Shown here one piece after another: positions 55,119 through 64,000 of a DNA stretch of 64,000 bases. The stretch's first letter is position 1. Each line of letters opens with the position of its first letter. The notes beneath the pieces are model-generated. The model did not search any database, had not been told where the DNA came from, and was given only the letters and a program-made list of their open reading frames with translations. Position numbers and translations under genes: made by a program. Source of the DNA: Eledone cirrhosa (taxonomy: Eukaryota); NCBI GenBank assembly GCA_964016885.1, contig OZ024751.1:28644001-28708000 (forward strand). The letters run 5' to 3'.

Positions 55119-55885
55119 AATATTGGTGGAGGGTGCTCTGAAAGTACAGTAACTAGAGTCAGAACGGGATGGAAAAAGTTCAGAGAGCTTATACCACTGT
55201 TGGCCGCTAAAGGGTTCTCTCTAAAAATGAAAGGCAGGCTGTATGATGCCTGCATACGAACAGCTATGTTACATGGCAGTGAGACTTGGGCATTGTGTGC
55301 AGAGGATATACGCAGACTGGAGAGGAACGACGCTTCCATGCTCCATTGGATGTGTAATAGTAATATACAAGAACGGCAAAGCATAAATGAACTAAAGGAG
55401 AAATTAGGAATAAGAGGAATCAGATGTTGTTTACTCAAGAGAAGACTACGTTGGTATGGTCACGTGATGCGCATGAAAGACGACAGCTGTATAAAAAAGT
55501 GCAGGGCGATAAAAATAGACGGTAGCCACGGAGTAGGCAGACCCAGAAAAACCTGGGACGACTTGATAAATTCCGACCTCACACACTTACACCTCTCCAA
55601 GACAATGTCACTGGACCGAGATCTTCGGCGCTACACAGTAATACAGAAGACCCGCCTTGCCTAAGTACAAAGCGAAACCTACAGTCAGTAGGCACCTCTA
55701 ACAAAAATACACTTCCGTCACACCACCCCCACCCCATCCACACGACCTCTTTCGATGTAAAGTTATGTTGGTACCACAACATCCAGTCCGAAATAAATGA
55801 GGTCGTGTAGGTGTCACGAAAAAAAAAACACACAGTCCACGCTGTAATGTGGCCGTGTAGGTAACACGGTAAAAACCTCCCAGTC
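55119..55885 (+). mobile_element. 5'-truncated RTE LINE (RT thumb/C-terminus plus 3'UTR)
   Basis: GGGCSE..TRVRTGWKKFREL, KGRLYDACIRTAMLHGSETW, RRLRWYGHVMRM, GRPRKTW. Stop at 55664. Confidence 0.9.
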
Positions 55886-56283
55886 CACACTATAAGGTGG
55901 GGAGTGTGGGAAAGGGTGACGTGTACCATGGGTAAAAGAGAGGCACAGTAAGATGGGGGATGTGGGAAGGGTGACGTGTCCCATGGGTAAATGAGAGGCA
56001 CTGTAAGGTGGGGAGTGTGGGAAAGGGTGACGTGTGCCATGGGTAAATGAGAGGCACTGTAAGGTGGGGAGTGTGGGAAAGGGTGACGTGTGCCATGGGT
56101 AAATGAGAGGCACAGTAAGGTGGGGAATGTGGGAAGGTGTGATGTGTGCCATGGGTAAATGAGAGGCACAGTAAGGTGGGGAGTGTGGGAAGGTGTGATG
56201 TGTGCCATGGGTAATAGTGAGGCACAGTAAGGTGGGGAGTATGGGAAGGTGTGATGTGTGCCATGGGTAATAGTGAGGCACAG
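55886..56283. repeat. 55-56-bp G-rich minisatellite, 7 copies
   Basis: CACTGTAAGGTGGGGAGTGTGGGAAAGGGTGACGTGTGCCATGGGTAAATGAGAGG. Confidence 0.95.
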
Positions 56284-56789
56284 CAAGACAAAGGAGATGA
56301 GTGCCACATTAACTAAACACAAAAGAAGCTCTATATTATTATGTAGTGTTGTCTGCCACACTGAATACTTGCGGCATGTGAAAGGATCTAAATTACACTA
56401 ATTAACTAATTAATTAACCGGCAGTTATTAATAGTAACAGAAGAGAAGGTTGAGGTGGTTGATGATGATGATGATGATGATGGTAATGGTGATGGTGGTG
56501 GTGGTGGGGAGTTTATTAGATTTCCAACTCATTAGTGTTGAGGTTAATATCAACTTGATGACATTTGCTTCATTCTCTGTCTCACTATTTTTCTCAGTCT
56601 CTCCTTCTAACTGTCCTTCTCTCACTCTCTCTCTCTCTTTCTCCCCCCCCTCTCTCCTCTTGGTCAAGGGTCACCTATATATATATATACATGCTAACAA
56701 TACATGTCAATAATAAACAAGAATTATATTATATACTTTAATGTAGAGAGGATCATTTGACTTTAGTAAGGACATGACAACCTCTTTAT

Positions 56790-57210
56790 TGTTGGTGCCA
56801 AAATAAAATGTATCCAATTACACATTGTAAAGTGATAATGATGGTTCCGTGAGGAAATGTACCCAATTACACACTATAAAATGCTGGTGCCACAATAATA
56901 TGTACCCAGTACACATTGCAGAGTGGTAGTACTGGTGCCACAATAAAATTTACCTAATACATATTGTAAATTGGTAACGATGGTTTTGTGAGGAAATGTA
57001 CCCAATTACACACTATAAAGTGGTGGTGCTGGTGCTGGTGCCACAATAAAATGTACCTAGTACACACTGTAAAGTGGTAGTACTGGTGCCACAATAAAAA
57101 GTATCCAAATACATATTGTACAGTGGTAATGATGGTTCCATCATAAAATGTACCCAATTACATATTGTAAAGTTGTAGTGATGCTTTCAAAATATAAAGT
57201 ACCCAGTACA
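56790..57210. repeat. ~46-bp SINE-derived minisatellite (inverse of the 44350 array)
   Basis: TGGTGCCACAATAAAATGTACCCAGTACACA(C/T)TGTAAAGTGGT, ~9 copies. Confidence 0.85.
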
Positions 57211-57744
57211 AACAGGAAAGAGGTCTCAAGACCCTGAAAACCTGTCCAATCCATGCCAGAATGGAAAAGAGACTTAAAATAAAATGATGATGATGTTAAT
57301 TATATAATGAGCATTGTAAAAGCTGACTAAAAGGGTTGGAATCATGAAGGGCATCTGGCTATTAAAACAGTGCTTTGAAAAAGTCCCATCCAATCCATGC
57401 CAGCAGAGAAAAAGTCGAGATAAAAATGGTGATGGTGATGATGAATGTATATTCCTTATATGGTTTGAAAATGTTTGTTTGTATTTGTCCTAATATAAAT
57501 ATTTAGAATTTAAGAAGTTGAAGATGATTATAAGAATCTGTATGAAAATTACCATCTTACTATGTAAGCAGAATTATATAGCAAGTTATTCTTTCATAGT
57601 TTTCCAATTCTATGTACTATATACACACTTTCTCTCTCTCACTCTCTCCCTCTGTCTCTCTCTCTATATACATACACTATATATATATATGTACATATAT
57701 GTACATATATGTATATATATATATATATATATCACATTTTTTTA

Positions 57745-57930
57745 TTTGTTTGACCCGAATTACTTGGTCGTTTCTATGGCTGTGCGGATAATGGTTTAAC
57801 CATCGTCTCAGTGTGTTTGGCCTTTTAACGTATGTTGTAGCTCTGGTTCGTTAGAATTTATTGAGCGTTTGCCACACATCTCGGAAGTTGTTTTTCGCTA
57901 ATTTCCAATAGCCGAAATACGATTCTCACT
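57745..57930. repeat. Unclassified ~190-bp dispersed repeat (second copy 59168-59362)
   Basis: TTTGTTTGACCCG...CGTCTCAGT(G/T)TGTTTGGCCTTT...GCCGAAATACGATTCTC in both copies. Confidence 0.8.
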
Positions 57931-58062
57931 AATATATATTTGTATATATAGATATATATATATATATACATATGTATAAACATATGTATATATATATGTA
58001 TATGTATGTATATATATATATATATTATGTATATATATATGTATGTATATATATATGCATGT

Positions 58063-58943
58063 ATCATCATCATCATCATCATCATTTTACGTTCACTTTT
58101 CCCTGCTTGCAAGGGTGGGACGGGTCTTATATAACACAGCATCTCTCCACTTGTCACGGTCCTTCGTCATCTCCACCGTGAGCTTCAGCGATCTGAGGTC
58201 TGTTCTCACCACCTTCGCCCATGTTTTTCGTGGTCTACCTCTACCACATCTTCCTTCAACTGGCATTTCCTGGCACTTCTTCACCCATCGGTCATCCTCC
58301 ATGCGCATCACATGTCCACACCAGCTCAGTCTCCTTTCTCGCACACTACATTCTATCCCTCTCAGACACAGGCATCATATAACCGCCCTTTCGTACGCAG
58401 GGAGAAATCCTTCTTCGTCAGCAGAGGAAGCAGCTCCCTAAACTTCTTCCAACCCGTCCTTATTCTAGATACTATGGCTTCGGAACACCCTCCTCCCATG
58501 CTAATCTGATCTCCTAGGTACTGGAAGCTATCCACCACTTCTATAGCACCCGCCTGCATTTGAAAAATGTGTCTATCAATGCGACTTCTACTGTCTAATT
58601 TCCCTGTACATCTACTGCATACATATTTCTCCCTACCTGTTAGTTTGCCTGCTATCCCGCTACATCTCTTGTGTACCCAGGATCTGCATTGTGTGCATTT
58701 TATAGAATTTATGCCAGTTCCTTTTCTGCATATCGAACATGGCCATTTCCCTGACGGAATCAGAGTTTTGTCCTCTTTTCTACTCATCAACACTTTTGTC
58801 TTAGCTAGATTTACTCTCAGTCCTCTTGCTTCCAACTGCTGTTTCCATAGCCGGAATTTATTCTCTAGCTCATCTACTGATTCTGCTATAAGAACCAGAT
58901 TGTCAGCATAGAGAAGTTCCCATGGACAACCAGTCTTAAACTC

Positions 58944-58947
<4 letters not shown>
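58063..58947 (-). mobile_element. 5'-truncated RTE LINE with a Cys-rich insert in RT and an internal deletion
   Basis: GCPWELLYADNLVL, GLRVNLAKTKV, CSICRK..CTQCRSWVHKRC..CSRC, FQYLGD, RLSWCGHVMRM, GRPRKTW, then a (GAT)n tail. Deletion near 58367. Confidence 0.92.
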
Positions 58948-58989
<42 letters not shown>

Positions 58990-58990
<1 letters not shown>

Positions 58991-59132
58991 CTTTACAAAG
59001 GAAAGGGAGCCAAAGATGACTGTGGCAACTAGTATTTCACTGCTATCTGTGGCTGGGAAGGTCTTGTGCAGGATATTGTTGGACAGATTGATGCAGCACA
59101 TTGCTGTTGAGGTACTTCCTCAACAGCAATGT
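58990..59132 (+). mobile_element. Short internal RTE (BovB-like) RT fragment
   Basis: LYKGKGAKDDCGN / ISLLSVAGKVLCRILLDRL...LPQQQC, homologous to 34815-34960. Confidence 0.8.
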
Positions 59133-59382
59133 GTATATATGTATGTATATATATTTCATTCATTTATTTTGTTTGACCCGTTTAGCTTGCTTCGTTTTTT
59201 TTTGGCTTAGCTGGTTGATAGCTGCTTAACCGCCGTCTCAGTTTGTTTGGCCTTTATAACATAGGTTTATTGCTCTGGTCTCTTTTGGTCCATGGAGCGC
59301 TTGCCAACACAAATCGGAAATTGCGCTTCGCTTATTTCTACCTGCCGAAATACGATTCTCGCTGTATTTATATTTTTATATA

Positions 59383-59567
59383 TCATCATCATCATCATTT
59401 TACGTCCGCTTTTCCCTGCTTGCAAGGGTGGGACGGGTCTTATTCAGCACAGCATCTCTCCACTCGTCACGGTCCCTCGTCATCTCCGCCGTGAGCTTCA
59501 ATGATCTGAGGTCTGTTCTCACCACCTCCGCCCATGTTTTGCGTGGTCTACCTCTACCTCTACCACC
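59383..59567 (-). mobile_element. RTE LINE extreme 3' fragment
   Basis: GRGRGRPRKTWAEVVRTDLRSLKL...; closely similar to 58063-58250. Confidence 0.9.
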
Positions 59568-59623
59568 ATATATGTATTTATATATATATAAATATATATA
59601 TGTATGAATATATATATATAAAA

Positions 59624-59659
<36 letters not shown>

Positions 59660-59812
59660 GTATAAATAGAAAAAAATGAAACAAAATTTCATTTCTCACT
59701 CTTAGTAAATGCTCGGTAAATCCATACGTACATATATATATATGTGTGCATGTATGTATATATATACATACCACTGTACGTCTGTATACATATATGTATG
59801 TACGTATACATT

Positions 59813-59850
<38 letters not shown>

Positions 59851-60702
59851 GTGTAATGTATGCGTGATTTGATTGACTCACACAGTCTAATAAAATTTAT
59901 AGCAAACCCTATATAGGGGTTCTACAGGATACATCCACAGGGCATTTGCCCTGTGGATGTTACCACACTTTGCAGTGTGGTAAGAGACAGCCAGCAGTAG
60001 TGACTCTAGCCGCAAATAGGTATATATATATATGTATAGGTATATATATATATATGTGTGTGTACACATGTGAGTATATGTGTATATATGCATGTATGTA
60101 TGCATGAATGGATGTACATCTAGATAACTATGTGTAAGAGTGTGTATGTACGTATGTATCTATCTATACATGTGCATATGTATATGTAAGTATGGATGTA
60201 GTAGTGTATAGATATGTATAGCTATGTGTAGATGTGTGTGTATGTACATATGTATCTATGTATGTGTGTATGTATGTATATGTATGGATGTATAATTAGA
60301 TAGATATGTATAGCTATGTGTAAATGTGTGTATGTACATATGTGTCTATCTATGCATGTGCCGATGTATGTATATGTATGTATGTATAACTATATAGATA
60401 TGTATAGCTGTGTAAATATATATGTATGGATGTGTGTATGTATGTGTATATATTTATGTATGAGTTTGGTTAGATGTATGGATGTATAACTAGATAGATA
60501 TATATAGCTGTGTAGATGTGAGTAAGTATGTACACGTGTTTATATGTATGTATATCTATATGTATGTATATATGTATGTGTGTGTATATATTTATGGATG
60601 AGTTTGGCTGGAAGTATAGTTGTATGTAGGTATGTATATGTATGTATGTATACATGTATGTATATATGTATGTATATATGTGTGTATGTATATATGTATG
60701 TA

Positions 60703-61377
60703 TTCTATTCTAGGGCGGGTAAAATTCCTGAGATCCATGGCCGAGTTCTCTCCAGCGGTCTCTGTCCCTCATTATCGCTGCCATGTCCTGCGTCTCCAAC
60801 AAACCAGTGTCTGTCCTTAGGGCATCAACATACGTTAACCTTGGTCTTCCTCTTCTAGTGTGTCCATGTAGGGGCTCCCACAGGAGCACTGAGTGCAATG
60901 TCAACTCTGTATGTCGGTGAGCATGTCCAGCTAACCACAGTCTCTTCTGTGTCACTTTTGAGCTGACTTTTGGGAGGCTCCCATACAGCTCTGAGTTTTT
61001 CATCCTCAGTGTATACTGATTAATGTTCAGAGCCATCCTCAGCATTCTCGTGTAGCACCCATCCACCATCTGAGTGAGTTTCTTGGTCAGTGTCCAAGTC
61101 TCAGACCCATACAGCAGCACAGACTCCACTACAGCAATGAAGAGGTGGATCTTCAAGTCTTCACGAAGGTCCGACTTCCACACCGATCTCAAGCTGTGGC
61201 ACGCCACCCAGGCTTTGCTCTTCCTCTCAACCACATCATCTTCCGTATTCCCAATCTTTGCTCCCAAATACAGGAAGTCCTCAACCAATGAGAATGAATG
61301 AGACTAAAACAAAATATCTGGTAGAGAATGTTGAGAAGCCAGAGGGGATCACTAATGTAGGCGGGAAGACGCTCGAA
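60703..61377 (-). mobile_element. 5'-truncated RTE LINE with an inverted 5' segment
   Basis: Minus strand: LVEDFLYLGAKIG, VESVLLYGSETW, LAGHAHRH, RGRPRLTY. Plus strand 61289-61377: RMNETKTKY...GKTLE, the immediately upstream RT segment. Confidence 0.92.
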
Positions 61378-61473
61378 TATGTATGTATATATGTATGTAT
61401 ATATGTATGTATGTATATATGTATGCATGTGTATATATGTATGTATATATGTATGTATATATGTATGCATGTG

Positions 61474-61504
<31 letters not shown>

Positions 61505-61850
61505 ATATGTATGCATGTGTATATATATATATATATATATGTATCTATATAAGTATGTATGTGTACACATCATCATTCCACTCCACTCTACTGCTATGGA
61601 TCATATTAAGCCTGTTGGCTGCAAGGAACCAGGCATATCGACAACAACGGCAGCAGCAGCTGTAACAACAACAACAACAACAATAGTAACAACAGCAACA
61701 ACCAGCATCAACAGCAATAACAACAGCAGTAGCAGCAACAATAACAACAACTGCAGCAACAGAAGCAGCAGTAGCCTGGCTAGAGTAGAAGCAGTAAATA
61801 TATATAGAAGACACTGAGAGAGAAAGAGAGTGAGAGAGAGAGAGAGATAA

Positions 61851-61881
<31 letters not shown>

Positions 61882-62791
61882 CAGATATATATATATATAT
61901 GTGTGTAAAGAGAGAGAGAAAGAAAGAAAGGAGAGAAAGAGAGAGAGAGAAAGAGAGAAGGAAGGAAAGATGGTGGTATCAATGGTTGTGAATTTTGGCT
62001 TGTTTCCATTTAGCCTGGAGCAGTGGTGTAGTTAGTTACCGATGTGGAGTGAGGAGTGGTGGGCTGGAGTGGAGTGAGGTTTGGAGTGAAGTGGTCTTGG
62101 TGTTGGTGTCAGTGTCGGTGTGGGATGGAAACAAAACCTAGGTTAGCAACACCAACCATTACAGACAAGCAACTATCCAACATCTTTGCTATGTTTTAAA
62201 ACATTCAAACATTACGACTAGTCCCAGTCCCAGACCAAACCCAAACCCAAACCCAGACCAGACCAGAGAGAAAAACCAAAACCAACCAAACCACAGTAGA
62301 AGTATCTTGACCTTCTCACCCTCCCCCCTGATCTCCCACCACCACCACTACCACCGCCAACTGCTTTTTCACCAATGCCACCACCACCAACAGTTATACA
62401 TACAGAGTTATACCCACAGAGATACATACACACACACAGCTGCAGATACACATATGCAGATGCACACGCAAACACACACAGAGATGCAGAGACACATATA
62501 CACACAGATACACACACAGCTGCTGACACACACATACACAGATGCACACACAAACACACACAGCTTCAGACACACACACAGATGCAGAGACACATATACA
62601 CACACACACATGCACACACACAGATGCAGACACACACATAAATACACGCACAGATGCAGACACATACACAAAAACACACACACACACCCCTATACACAGA
62701 TGCAGACACACACACACACAGATGTGCTCACATATACTCACACACATGGCTTCAACCATCTGACTGACTGACCAACCAACATAGCTGTAGT

Positions 62792-62832
<41 letters not shown>

Positions 62833-63161
62833 TGTGCATTTGTTTGTGTTTATGTGAGTGTGTATATATGAGTGTGTGTGTATATGTGTTTGTTTGTATG
62901 TATGTGACTGTGTGTATATGTGTTTGTTTGTGTGTATATATATATGTGTTTGTTTGTGTATATGCGAGTGTGTGGTCTTGTATGTGTGTGTGGTCTCGTG
63001 TGTGCATGTGTGTCAATGTGTGTGTATGTAAGTGTGTATGTTTGTGTGTGTGGAAATATTGCTCTCCTAAGATAATGATACCACATGCACACACATGCAC
63101 ACACTTTCTTATCTGGTTGGAGAGAGGGAGAGGGAGACAGAGAGAGAGAGAGGGAGAGATA

Positions 63162-63242
<81 letters not shown>

Positions 63243-64000
63243 AGAGAGCCGACACTAAGCTTGGCAGACAGATAAGAAAATATTCTTTTTCTTTTTTTTG
63301 TGTTGTTTTATTTGTATTTTGTTATTGTTTGTACTCTTGGTTTTATATATATTTGGTTGTAGAATCCTGAGCCACTAACACCACCAACAACAGCAACAAC
63401 ACTATCTCCACCAGCACCACTATCACCATCACTAGCACCATCATCTCTACCATTAACACCACCACCACCACCAATAACAACAACAACAACAACAACACTA
63501 CTACCACCATCACCACCACCACCAACTCCAACAACTTCACCAGCACCACCACCGCTCCTACCACCATCTATCTCTACTATCATGACTACCATCACCACCA
63601 GCAACAACAACAACAACAACATGATCTTTTTCCTCTCCTCATCCTTGGAGAGATCCATTAACTGCAGTAGGAAGACTTATTATTATTATTATTATTATTG
63701 CTAGATAGTTACTGCAGAGTTCTTTCTCCTCTGTGAACTACGCAGTAAGTTATCTCAGAAATATCCTATAGTGGTCAGTTCTTAAGTTCTCCTATTGGTG
63801 GATTTCCCGGAGAAAGGGGGAAAGAAAAGACATTCACTATCTGATTAATACAGCAATGTTTCTATGCAGAACATTGGTAAAGCCATTGATAAGGTGTTGG
63901 ATTAAATACAGAGGTGTTTGTTCTGGCTCACTGCACGCTGAGTTCAAATCCCATTCATGTTAACTTTGCCCCTTTTACCCTATCAGGATCGGGATCGATA

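Overview
Eukaryotic, very AT- and microsatellite-rich DNA with (TA)n, (CA)n, (GA)n, (CAT)n, (CAC)n and (ATCT)n tracts. The repeat landscape looks like a coleoid cephalopod (Octopus-like) genome; this is inferred from the SINE types. Nearly all ORFs in the supplied track are microsatellite artefacts. Real content: one near-full-length but decayed RTE-clade LINE (33.3-36.4 kb), several 5'-truncated RTE pieces (one with a clean twin-priming inversion), an L1/Tx1-type 3' fragment inside an (ATCT)n array, tRNA-derived SINEs of at least three families, piggyBac-like (TTAA) and Tc1-like (TA) MITEs, and many minisatellites. Two signals stand out. (i) A dispersed family of short Penelope-like terminal fragments carries type-I hammerhead ribozyme motifs, with compensatory changes in stem I and fold-back inversions. 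(ii) Two paralogous exon-like cassettes on the minus strand (25880-26021 and 38505-38619) share a CAG|GTTAGT donor and frame-preserving indels, suggesting duplicated alternative exons of a large unidentified minus-strand gene. No host gene could be named.
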